Source: the human T2T-CHM13v2.0 reference genome, Homo sapiens | Assembly (NCBI RefSeq): GCF_009914755.1 | Contig: NC_060926.1 | Length of the DNA stretch: 64,000 bases | Strand: one strand, 5' to 3' | Part shown: positions 15,128 to 27,794 of the stretch, one piece after another | How the letters are laid out: every line of letters starts with the position of its first letter | Numbering within the stretch: the first letter of the stretch is position 1 | Made by a program: the position numbers and the translations under genes | Notes under the pieces: generated by a model | The model's input: only the letters and a program-made list of their open reading frames with translations | What the model was told of the DNA's origin: nothing | Database searches by the model: none

Positions 15128-15867
15128 CGCGCCGCACACCAGGCCGCTTTGACCCGGACTCCCGTCCAGGCGCACCGGCCGGCCTCGGAGCTCTACCAGC
15201 AGGCTTTCATGGGAGCGGAGGTGCCCACGTTTCCATTGTGCGGTAACCGCGCTTCATCACAGCCACCTCCAATCGAGGCCGCACGGTGTCCCCAGAACCA
15301 CGCTCGGTACAACCTGCCCCGGCCGCTGCGCTCGACTTGGGAGCGCGCCCCGCCCCGAGCGCACGACCTCCCTTCCCTCTCCGCGACTTGAGCTTGCTTC
15401 CCGGAAAGCCAGTGTAGTGGCAGCGGTTTGCCTCACAGCGCCCCTGGTTGGTTGTTTAAATTTTATCTTAGGTTCTCGCAAACAAATTGCCACCTCAGTG
15501 GAGGCTCTTTGGCATGCTAAATTTTTTCCAGTTCTTGCGGCGAGATCAGGAATCCCTAAAAGTAGCCGCTCCCCCGCCCCGGGGCCCCGACAGTGCTTGG
15601 GCACACAAAGGCTCCTGGGGCGCAGCTGGCCCTGAGATTTCCCGCGTAGAGGCCACTCCAGGTGGCGCCGCCCGCTGGTGGGCGCGGGGCCGCCCAGGCT
15701 GCGATGGAAGCCGTTGGCGCAGGGCGGGGAGCCAAGCTGGGGCGACTGGGGGGGCCTGGGGGAGCTAGCGGGGCGGGACCCGAGCGGGGCGGAGAGTGGC
15801 AGGAGGAGGCGAATCTCCGCGCTCCGGCGAACTTTATCGGGTTGAAGTTTCTGCTGTCGCCTCCCCT

Positions 15868-16066
15868 TTGCGTGCGGAGCTGGGCTTTGCGTGCGCCGCT
15901 TCTGGAAAGTCGGCTCCAGTCATATCCCTGGGCGCTGCCTGCGGCCGCTCCTCCCGCGCTTCTCACGGCACCTGACACGCGGAGGCGGCGGCCGAGGGTG
16001 GGGTGCCGGCCACCACCACCCTTGGCGTGGGGTGCCGGCCGCCACCACCCTCGGCTGCGCACGCAC
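15868..16066. promoter_or_regulatory. AhR/ARNT enhancer: XRE cores at 15868-15874 and 15887-15893 (TTGCGTG), 15976-15980, 16025-16029 and 16060-16064
   Basis: GCGTG cores at about -834, -853, -940, -989 and -1024 from the TSS; the known dioxin-responsive enhancer. Confidence 0.92.
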
Positions 16067-16525
16067 AGTCGCGCCTGCCAGGCCAGCGAGGCGGACGCTT
16101 GGGCCACCACCCGCAGGCCGAGCCCGGGCGCGTATCGCCACCTCGCTGCGCACCGGCGGCTCTGTGGTCTTCCTGGGCGCGCTTGCGGTCGCGAAGGGGG
16201 CCCTCCCTTTATAAGGGAAGCCGGAGGCGCTTGGGCGGGGGTGGCTTCCCCCGCCTGGCGCGCCCTTTCCTACATGCTGATGCATAGGATTTTCAAGACA
16301 GCTAAGAGAACAAGGACTTCACGAGGCGGGGGGAAGGGCGAACTCGAGGGAAGAGGTGGGATGTATCTGGTTAACCAGGTAGGAATTGTACTGGCTTCAT
16401 CAAAGGATAAATATAAAAGTGATAGGTTCACCAGGGACAACCCTGCACTTTGAGCTCCACTCGCGCTGCGAATCTCGTGCTATTATTGACCTGTTTACAG
16501 ATGAATAAACTAGGGTTCAGAGAGG

Positions 16526-16532
16526 TTGCGTG
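16526..16532 (+). promoter_or_regulatory. Isolated XRE TTGCGTG (~-1490) within MIR-like sequence
   Basis: ggttcagagaggTTGCGTGacttaacccaggtcgcgcagc. Confidence 0.6.
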
Positions 16533-16692
16533 ACTTAACCCAGGTCGCGCAGCCATCAAGAAGTGGAGCCAGGGCTTGAAGCCACCAAGTCCCACTCCAG
16601 ATCCTTCACATAAGTTTACACGGAAGAAAATTGCAGATAAGAGGCCCAAATGCCTTCTTTCCTGCCTCCCTTAAAAAAAAAAATGCACGTGG

Positions 16693-17005
<313 letters not shown>

Positions 17006-17211
17006 TCAGCTGGAAGAACTTTTTAATTATTGTTTTTGTTTTCATAATTGAGAATTCTGAGAATAGCAGAGAAGAAATAGTATGCTAACCCTTTGCAATT
17101 AAATTGCTTATGAGGGAGGCCAGGGGAGTGTGCCTCATAGCTGACCCTGGAATGACTGATTACATTGTAAAGAAACACAAAGGAGTGTCTGAAAAGAATC
17201 TGACTTCTTGA

Positions 17212-17581
<370 letters not shown>

Positions 17582-19684
17582 TGTGATGCCTTTTATTCGG
17601 TATCTTTTGAAGAGTTTTCTGGAAATGATTTCACACACCATGATGGGGAACTTAGATAGTGATGGAGTTTTAGTTTTTGAGCAGTTGCATTGGTTTAATA
17701 ATAAGCGTTGGTTTCCCAGAGGTGAGTTGGCCTACACAGCCTTTGAAATGAGTTTCATAGCAACCTTCCCATGTCCAGCTTTAGCAAGATCCTTGCCTAA
17801 TAATTCAAGACTCTGGTGCATGCATCAATCTCTCATAGACTTTAATTTAGTAGACGGGAATTATCTATGAGCTAATGCCAATCCTGAGCTGTTGACATTC
17901 CTGAAAGCCTTTATCACAATACCTCTGCCAGAATGAGAGCAGATGGAAGTTGCCTTTAAGTAAATTCCTATTTTTAAAAAGTATAAAACGAGGTTGTTCC
18001 TAAGACCGCCTGTCCAACTCCTCAATAATGCCATCTAGTTTTTAGATCAACTAGATGCATGCTTTCCTGCCATCGCAGATAGATCAGATATATCCTCCAA
18101 GCTGTAGTTCCTTGGGCTCAGCTCTTTTTCTAGGACATGACTCAAAAATCAGAGGAACTAGGTTGGTAAGTGCTGTCAGAAAGATAAGCCCTTATCGGTT
18201 ATGGCAAACCAAAATGACTGGCTATGGTAACACTTTTTGCAGAGAATCTTCAAGCCTGGAGTTCTTAGGGCTTTATGGTGCAAACTTCATTGAATGCCCC
18301 ATCCGGTACCCTGATAAGGACTTCGGATAAATCCAGAGCAGCCTGTTGGCACCCCGACCCAACTCAAGGCAGAGCCCTGCCTCTAGTGAGAATCTACGCA
18401 GGCTCTTTAATTATCATCACAACTTCTCAACCAAAGCAGGGACCTAAGGCCCAGGAATCTCCTTTCAATCAACACAGAATATGGGCATTCTGCCCTCCCA
18501 AATCTCAAACTTGAATTGTTTGTTGCAAATAACTTTCAAAAAGAACAGCTAAGCTAGAGGGATAGTTTAAAGTAGAGAGAGGTTTAAAATATCTTATCTT
18601 GTATTGACTCGAAGGAACAACTTAAGCTTGTTTAAGCAGAACAGGAATGCACTGGCCCATGTGCAGAGAAGGATAACCGTGATGCTTCACAGGATACAAG
18701 GACCCAGGCCGCTCTACCGGCTCTCTGCCTATGCTGGTCTTTGCTTGGGCTTTCTCTCTTTGCATGGCAAGGAAGCAGCTTAAAATTAACAAAACAAAGA
18801 GAAAGAGAACAGCTCTCTTCCAGGGTCCTAGAAGGACTCCAGGGGGCCAGGCTGGCATCAGGTTTTTACCCTGTGGGCAAGGGCTTGTTCTGTCATCAGA
18901 AAAAAAGAGATGGCAGAACATGCTAGGAAGCCAAAGAGCTGACCCAGTCCACTCCATGTATACATGTCTGCCCACTGGTTTCTTTGGGTTGGAGGATAAC
19001 CTAAGGAAACCCAAAGCCATTATTGTTATTATTATTTTAAATCAGCAGATATATGCATTGCCCTTAGAGCCAGTAGCCCAGAAAGCTCTGCCCTTCTGCT
19101 GTCAGGCTGGAACTCAGTTTTCTTCATGGTCTTCCTCTCTAGTGTGACCCCTAAGTCAGTTTAATGGGTAGCCACTGTGCTTTTCCAGTCATCTCCAAAC
19201 ACACATACCCACATGCACTGAGGAGAGTGGAGGAGAATAAGCCATCTCTGGTAGGCTCTTGACATTTGGGTGGGCAGGATTCAGTCATCAGGCACATGCT
19301 GGTAGGCAAGAGGAGCAGAAATAAGGAGACACACCAAGTGGCTGAGGGTGCGATAGAGGGAGGAACTGTAGGATAATGCACACCAGGGGCTGGACCATGA
19401 AAGGAATCTTAGGAATTGATACCAAAACCCTGTGCCTCACCTGAAATGCTCCACTTCCTTCCTCCTGGCAATACACAGGCAGAGAACCACAGAGCTAATA
19501 GAAAGGTATTTTATCTAATCTCAGAAGCCATCATTTGTAGGATGCACCCTTATTTTTATGTACTAACATAAAGAAAGGAAGCTACCAATTATAATTGCAT
19601 CATCGACTCTAAGATACATCCAGATTTCGGAGATGTAAAATGGAAAGTTGAGGGTATGATTTGGAGCTGACAAAGCATTATACA

Positions 19685-20086
19685 TTTCATGCGCGTCCGT
19701 GTGAAGAGACCACCAAACAGGCTTTGTGTGAGCAATAAAGCTTTTAATCACCTGGGTGCAGGTGGGCTGAGTCTGAAAAGAAAGTCAGCCAAGGGAGACA
19801 GGGGTGGGGCGGTTTTATAGGATTTGGGAAGGTAAAGGAAAAAGGGGGGTTGTTCTCTGGCGGGCAGGAGTGGGGGTCACAAGGTACTCAATGGGGGAGC
19901 TTTTGAGCCAGGATGAGCCAGGAGAAGGAATTTCACAAGAAAATGTCATCAGTTAAGGCAGGAACAGGCCATTTTCACTTCTTTTGTGGTGGAATGTCAT
20001 CAGTTAAGGCAGGAACCGGCGATCTGGATGTGTACGTGCAGGTCACAGGGGATATGATGGCTTTGCTTGGGCTCAGAGGGCTGACA
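19685..20086 (-). mobile_element. HERV-H 3' LTR (LTR7)
   Basis: TGTCAG...GCGCATGAAA on the minus strand; ATTAAA at 19743-19748; PPT AAGAAGACAGGAA at 20087-20099. Confidence 0.95.
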
Positions 20087-22049
20087 TTCCTGTCTTCTTA
20101 TATTAATAAGAAAAATAAAACTAAATAGTGGTAAAGTTTTGGGACAGCGAAAATTTTTGGGGGTGGTATGGAGAGATAATGGGCGATGTTTCTCAGGGCT
20201 GCTTCAGCGGGATTAGGGGCGGTGTGGGAACCTAGAGTGGGAGAGATTAAGCTGAAGGAAGATTTTGTGGTAAGGGGTGATATTGTGGGGTTGTTAGAAG
20301 GAACATTTGTCATTTAGAATTATTGGTGATGGCCTGGATACAGTTTTGTATGAATTGAAAAACTAAATGGAATAAGAGAAGGAGAAAAACAGGTATAAAA
20401 GGTCTAAGAATTGGGACAACTCAGGACATCTGATTAGAGAGTGCCTAAGGAGATTCAGCACAGTCCTGCCAGCAAAGATTATTTATTTACTTCAAGAGTT
20501 AAGAGTGGCAGTTTGGGGATAGCACCAGGAGATATCAGCTGTGATGGCTTGGAGAAACAGCGTAAACCGGCAGTGTAAATAAGAGCAGGGCGTGTATGAG
20601 TAGTTGAGAACGGTGAATAGGAGTATGACTAGACAGAAGATAATAGGGATGATAAGTTTTTTTGGGGCACAGTCTAAGTTGGTCTGGTGTCTGGAATGAG
20701 ACTGGGGCCTAATAAAAAGGAGCGTCTATACAGGAGCTCAAATGGGCTGTACCTTGTAGCATTCTGAGGACAGGTCTGACTTCTGAGAAAGGAAAGTCGT
20801 AAAAGTATTGTCCAGTCCTTTTTAAGTTGGTAGCTGAGCTTGGTGAGGTGTGTTTTTAAAAGACCTTTAGTCCGTTCTACTTTTCCTGAAGACGGAGGAC
20901 CATAAGGGATATAAAGATTTCACTGAATACTAAGAGCCTGAAAAACTGCTTGGCTGATTTGACTAATAAAGGCTGGTCTGTTATCAGACTGTATAGAGGT
21001 GGGAAGGCTAAACTGAGGAATTATGTCTGACAGAAGGGAAGAAATGACTGCGGTGGCCTTCTCAGACCCTATAGGAAAGGCCTCTACCTATCCAGTGAAA
21101 GTGTCTATTTAGACTAAGAGGTATTTTAGTTTCCTGACTTGGGACATGTTGAGTAAAGCTAATTTGCCAGTCCTGGGTGGGGGCAAATCCTCAAGCTTGA
21201 TGTGTAGGGAAGGAAGGGGCCTGAATAATCCCTGAGGAGTAGTAGAATAGCAGATGGAACACTGAGAAGTTATTTCCTTGAGGATAGATTTCCATGATAG
21301 AAAGGAAATGAGAGGTTCTAAGAGGCGGGCTAGTGGCTTGTACTATAGCATAGCCTGCCTTTGCTGGTGTGTGGCGATTAGGCCTGGTGGAACTGCCATC
21401 AATAAATCAAGCGTGATCAGGGTGAGGAACAGGAAAGAAGGAAATATGGGGAAATGGGGTGAATGTCAGGTGGATCAGAGAGATACAGTCATGGGGGTCA
21501 GGTGTGGTATCAGGAATAATGTGGGAGGCCGGATTGAAGTCCGGGCCAGGAACAATAGTAATTGTGGGACTTAACAAAGACTGAGTACAGCTGAAGGAGC
21601 CGGGGAGCAGAAAGTATATGCGTCAGGTGTGAGGAAGAAAATAGATTTTGGAAGTTATGAGAAATGTAGAGAGTGAGTTGAGCATAGTTTGTGATTTTTA
21701 GGGCCTCTAAAAGTATTAGGGCGGCAGCAGCCGCTGCATGGAGACATGAGGGCTAGGCTAAAACAGTAAGGTCAAGTTGTTTGCATAGGAAGGCTACAGG
21801 GTGCGGTCCTGGCTCTTGTGTAAGAATTCTGACCGCACTAACCATGCCTAGGAAGGAAAGGCGTTGTTGTTTTGTAAGGGATTGAGGTTTGGGAGATTAA
21901 TCGGACACGATCAGCAGGGAAAGCACGTGTGTTTTTATGAGAATTATGCTGAGATAGGTAACAGATGAGGATGAAATTTGGGCTTGACTGAAGTAATGGG
22001 GGCTGTCTGTGAAGCCTTGCGGCAGTACAGCCCAGGTAATTTGCTGAGC

Positions 22050-22373
22050 CTAATGGGTGTCAGGGTCAGTCCAAGTGAAAGCAAAGAGAGGCTGGGATGA
22101 CGGGTTCAAAGGAATAGTAAAGAAAGCATGTTTGAGATCCAAAACAGAATAATGGATTGTGGAGGGAGGTATTGAGGATAGGAGAGTATATGGGTTTGGC
22201 ACCATGGGGTGGATAGGCAAAACAATTTGGTTGATAAGGCATAGATCCTGAACTAACTTGTAAGGCTTGCTTGGTTTTAGGACAGGTAAAATGGGGGAAT
22301 GGTAAGGAGAGTTTATAGGCTTTAAAAGGCCATGCTGTAGCAGGCAAGTGATAACAGGCTTTAACCCTTTCAA
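22050..22373 (-). pseudogene. HERV-H pol (reverse transcriptase N-terminal) remnant
   Basis: SPILPVLKP...LVQDL...PNPYTLL...SVLDLKHAFFTIPL...FAFTW, ending in a premature stop. Confidence 0.9.
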
Positions 22374-22651
22374 AGCATGCTGTGGGATGGGATATTGGCA
22401 TTAATCGGGGTAAAGGTGGTTAGGTTTTAATGAGATGGTAAGGGATGCATGATCGGTCACCAAGGAGGGAGTAGAGGTATCTTATATTTGTGGGTTAAGG
22501 TGGGGGAATATAAGAGGAGGACGCAAAGGAGGCTTTGGACTGGGAAGAAGGGCAGCAATGAGATGTAGCTGTAATCCAGGAATAGTCAGGGAAGCAGATA
22601 ATTTAGTTAAAGTGGCTCGCCCTAATAAGGGAACTGGGCAGGTGTGGATAA

Positions 22652-22840
22652 CTAAAATGAGTGCTTAAAAGAGTATTGTCTAAGTTGCCACCAGAGTTGG
22701 GGAGTTTTAAGAGGTTTAGAAGCCTGGCTGTCAATACCCACAACAGTTATGGAGGCAAGGGAAACAGGCCCTTGAAAAGAAGGTAATGTAGAGTGGGTAG
22801 CCTCCGTATTGATTAAGAAGGGGACGGACTTACTTTCCAC
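22652..22840 (-). pseudogene. HERV-H protease remnant
   Basis: PFLINTEATHSTL is a degenerate retroviral L(I/V)DTGA active-site motif. Confidence 0.8.
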
Positions 22841-24199
22841 TGTGAGAGTTACGCGAAGCTCGGCGTCTGTGATGGTCTAGGGGGCTTCCAAGGCAGTCGG
22901 GCAGCATCAGTCTTCAGCCGCTAAGCCAAGAAGATCTGGGAAGCAGTCAGAGAGCCTTGGGCCAGAGTTCCAGGGGCTCTGGGAGTGGCTGCCAGGTGAG
23001 TTGGACAGTCCGATTTCCAGTGGGGTCCCACACAGATGGGACATGGCTTAGGAGGAATCCTGGGCTGCAGGCATTCCTTGGCCTGGTGGCCAGATTTCTA
23101 GCACTTGTAGCAAGCTCCTAGGGGAGGAGGTTCTGGAGGAACGCCTGGCCGCTGCGGTTCAGGCGTTTGGAAGTTCTTGTGTGCTGGAGATGTGGCTGGG
23201 GTTTGTCTCACAGTGGAGGCAAGGAATTGCAACTTTTTTCTATTATTGTACACCTTGAAGGCGAGGTTAATTAAATCCTGTTGTGGGGTTTGAGTGCCAG
23301 ATTCTAATTTTTGGAGTTTTATTTAATGTCGGGAGCAGATTGGGTAATAAAATGTATATTGAGAATAAGACGGCCTTTTGACCTTTTAGGGTCTAGGGCT
23401 GTAAAGCGTCTCAGGGCTGCTGCCAAAGGAGTCACGAACTGGGCTGGGTTTTTATGTTTGATGAAAACGCTATCTGATTTGGGATAAAGAAAAAGGAGCA
23501 TTAACCTTGACTGTGCCTTTAGCTCCAGCCACCTTTTTAAGAGTCAATTGCTGGGCAGGTGGGGGAGGGCTAGTCACGAAACGAAACTGTAAGGCAGACC
23601 AGGTGTGAGGAGGGGAGGTGATAAAAGGATTATAGGGTGGAGGAGCGGAGGCTGAGGAAGAATTGGGACCTAGCTGGGCCTGGCGAGGAGCAGCCTGGGG
23701 AGGTGGGGAGAGGTCAGATGGGTCCGTAGAAAAGGAAGATTAGAAAGCCTCAGCGACGCTTGGGGTTGGGACTGAGGGGACAGGTGGGAGGGAAAGAAGG
23801 AAGATTTGGGATGAGTTGCATTGGGAACAGAGACTAGAGAGGGACCGATGTGTAAAAGAATGCCTGGATGTCAGGCACCTCAGACCATTTGCCCATTTTA
23901 CAACAAGAATTATTTAGATCTTGTAGGATGGAAAAATTGAAAGTGCCGTTTTCCGGCTATTTGGAACTACTGTTGAGTTTGTATTGGGGTCAAGCGGCAT
24001 TGCAGAAGAAAATAAGATGCTTAGATTTTAATTTAGGTGAGAGTTGAAGAGGTTTTAAGTTTTTGAGGACACAGGCTAAGGGAGAAGAAGGAGGAATGGA
24101 GGGTGGAAAGTTGCCCATAGTGAAGGAAGCAAGCCTAGAGAAAAGAGAGAGTAGAGACATGGAGGGAAGGGGTTTGGGGGTTCTTACCTTCCAGAAAAG

Positions 24200-24575
24200 C
24201 GGGAAAGGGGTTGGGGCACGGAGAAGAGGTTGGGGCACGGAAATAAGGGATGGGGGCACAGAGATTAGAGGTTGGGGTGTGGAAATAAGGGATTGGGGCA
24301 CAGAGATATAAGAGGTTGGGGCGCGGAAATAAGAGATTGGGCGCAGAGATAAGAGGTCGGGGCACGGAAATAAGGGATTGGGGTGCAGAGATACGAGGTT
24401 GGGGTACTTGCCCCTCCTCTAGAAAAGCAGGACTTGCCGCTCAGGGTGAAGGAGAAGGGGTTGGGGATTTCTTGCCCCCCAGAAAGGAGGAGAAGGGGTA
24501 GAGACACGGAGAGAAGGGGTTGGGGTACTTGCCCCTTCCCCAGAAAAGCAGGACTTGCCGCTAAGGGTGAAGGAC
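24200..24575. repeat. HERV-H leader tandem repeats (~20-22-bp ggttggggcacggaaataag-type units and a ~57-bp duplication)
   Basis: Directly visible G-rich iterated units. Confidence 0.85.
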
Positions 24576-24977
24576 CAAGGCAGGCGTCCCTGCATGGTCT
24601 GACACCTCTGAAACCTGGGTGAATAATCATTGCAGTCCCTGCAATGATTAAACACCAAGGGAAGGCTGCCTTCCCAGTCCCTGACCGGCGCCGGAGTTTT
24701 GGGTCCACGGATAAAACGTGTCTCCTTTGTCTCTACCAGAAAATGAAAGGAATTGAAATTAAGAGAAGGGAGAGATTGAAGAGTGGAAAGGAGAAAGTGG
24801 TTGAAGGACAGTGAGAGAGGTTGGAGAAGAGAGTAAGAAGAGGCCGCTTACCCGATTTAAAATTGGTGAGATGTTCCTTGGGCTGGTCGGTCTGAGGACC
24901 TGAGGTCGTAGGTGGATCTTTCTCATGGAGCAAAGAACAGGAGGACAGGGGATTGCCCTCCCAAGGGAGGTCCCCCG

Positions 24978-24995
24978 ATCCGACTCATGGCACCA
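24978..24995 (-). other. Primer-binding site, tRNA-His type (TGGTGCCATGAGTCGGAT)
   Basis: 16/18 match to TGGTGCCGTGACTCGGAT just inside the 5' LTR. Confidence 0.9.
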
Positions 24996-24997
24996 AA

Positions 24998-25397
24998 TTT
25001 CATGCATGTCCGTGTGAAGAGACCATCAAACAGGCTTTGTGTGAGCAATAAAGCTTTTAATCACCTGGGTGCAGGCGGGCTGAGTCCAAAAAGAGAGTCA
25101 GCCAAGGGAGACAGGTGGGGCCGTTTTATATGATTTGGGTAGGTAAAGGAAAAAGGGGGGTTGTTCTCTGGCAGGCAGGAGTGGGAGTCACAAGGTACTC
25201 AGTGGGGGAGCTTTTGAGCCAGGATGAGCCAGGAGAAGGAATTTCACAAGACAATGTCATCAGTTAAGGCAGGAACAGGCCATTTTCACTTCTTTTGTGG
25301 TGGAATGTCATCAGTTAAGGCAGGAACCGGCGATCTGGATGTGTGCGTGCAGGTCACAGGGGATATGATGGCTTAGCTTGGGCTCAGGGGCCTAACA
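24998..25397 (-). mobile_element. HERV-H 5' LTR (LTR7, 7up-like)
   Basis: About 95% identical to 19685-20086; TATA-like TATAAAA near 25124-25130; ACAAAAGA at 25291-25298. Confidence 0.95.
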
Positions 25398-26979
25398 ATA
25401 CAGGCTGACAAGGATTCTTTCTTTGTATTAAGCACTTTCTAGATTTCTTGGAGTGGTTAGCACCAAGGGTATTGGCTACCAATCCTCATTTCTATTAATA
25501 TTATTTCATGTAGACAAATGTAGACAATTGATGTTTTCTCAATCCTATGTAAAGTTGGTGAGAAGGTGATTTAGAAGATTCTGCTATTTTTATTGACCTA
25601 AATTAATCTAAGAAAAGATAGTCACTTGCTAAGTAGTTGCAGCTTAAAACAAGTTTCCTACTCCTGCTCCCCTTCCAATCTCGTTGCCCATGAGCTCTGT
25701 CTGGTATTAGTGAAAGTGACAGAAATACATGTAGTGAAAGCTACATGTATTCTAGTTCCTCACCAAAATGCATATTTAGAGGTAAAGGGGTGTAATGTCT
25801 GCCACTTACCCTCAAATGGCTCAAGGAAAAAATAGAGGGGTTTGGGGAGAAGGAGAGGGAGAGAGAGGAGAATGAGAAAGTAAGTGTGGTCAATGTTAAT
25901 TGGAGAATCTGGGTAAATGGGAGTTCTTTGTGATTCCTTGAAACTCTTCTGTAATTATATCAAAATTAAAAGTTAAATATAAGAACATAAAAAAAGATCT
26001 TCCCAACATTTTGATCTTACATTGCCTTCTTAGCTTCTCTTGAGGGTTTCTTGTAAGCAAGGACAGTGGAAAGAAAGTGGGATTAGTCTGCTGTTCAGGG
26101 TCCTGCATCTGATGTGTCACTCCTGGAGTTCAGGACTAATAAAAAGTTTGTGCTCAATTGCAGTCTTTCTCCTCAGCACTATGGATTATAACCTGTACTT
26201 TCTGTGCCGTCCTTGTTCTTTGAATGGCTTGAGTGTGTCTTGTCTCTTTTATCTTAGGCTTTCTTCAATTCCTTTTGAAAGCAGAAGAAATATGATATAA
26301 GGCAGTGTCATGCCCTTAGTTCTACTGTGCCCCTGTGTTAAGGGGCATAATCTACTCAGGGTTCTATGTGCTTCATAAATGCAGCAAATGGTGCTGTGCT
26401 TTAATGGTTTTTCCCAGCATCATTCCCAGTTCTTTCCTTTGGTTTGCTTCCTTCTGCCCTTTTCCTTCCCCTTGCTTCATCCTTCTTTCTTCTCTCTCAT
26501 TCTGTCTCTCATTTTCCCTTTCTCTGGGTCCACTCCTATCTTCCTCACCCTCATTCCCTCAAGACCTCCACTCTCGTCTCAGGTGCCCCCTTTTCTGTTC
26601 TGCTGTCTCCCTTCCTCTCTTCATTCTCTCTCACACAGAAGAGTAAAGAGTCAGGGCAGAGGGGAAAAGAGTGAGGGAAATAAGAAGGGGGAGCAGAGAG
26701 ATACAGCAACTAAGAAAAAGAAAAAGAAAAAAATACCCAGCCCTGGGGCTAAAAGATAGTCACGGTGGTCAGTCACTTTGTCTGGGCTCTCAACTGGTGT
26801 ACTTACCTCTCCTGCTCAACGTTTGAGCATGTGCCTCTGCTGCTTAATATTTGTGGGGTGAAGCTCCCACCGACTTGGCACAGTGATGATTCCATACGAA
26901 GGGAAGGGACGCCAGGGTCTGTGGTTGTTTTTGTACGTTTGTTCTCTGAGCTTCTACTACCACCTACTCTACTTCCTGA

Positions 26980-27423
<444 letters not shown>

Positions 27424-27629
27424 TAAAGGATACTAGTTTTCCTTTTTATTTTCATTTTCTAAAAATAAATATTTACCAGGTTACCAAGAAAATACATAAA
27501 GCAACAAGTAAAACACCCCACCACCAAAAGAATGTACATTTGGGCTCAGCTAAGATCACAACATCTAGCCATGGACATGTTGACTGGTACAGCCTCCAGG
27601 TTTTTGGATGGTTAGCATCCAGATTCTAG

Positions 27630-27643
27630 TCTTTCTTTCTCTC

Positions 27644-27727
<84 letters not shown>

Positions 27728-27794
27728 TCTCCCTCTCTCCCTCTCTCCCTCTCTCCCTCTCTCCCTCTCTCTCTCTCTCCCTCTCTCTCTCTCC
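27630..27794. repeat. Compound microsatellite (TCTG)n-(TC)n-(TCTCTCCC)n
   Basis: Directly visible. Confidence 0.97.

Larger units (their letters stand above)
19685..25397 (-). mobile_element. HERV-H provirus, two LTRs, 5713 bp, internally deleted type
   Basis: Paired ~400-bp LTRs, 5-bp TSD ATACA (19680-19684 and 25398-25402), tRNA-His-type PBS, PPT, degenerate gag-pro-pol. Confidence 0.97.

Noticed and set aside
20100-24300. Possible coding-competent retrovirus
   Set aside because: gag/pro/pol are fragmented by stops and frameshifts, the protease active site is degenerate, and no env ORF is present
24200-24410. Iterated ~21-bp units resembling a CRISPR-like or novel array
   Set aside because: No unique spacers; these are the variable tandem repeats of the HERV-H leader in eukaryotic DNA
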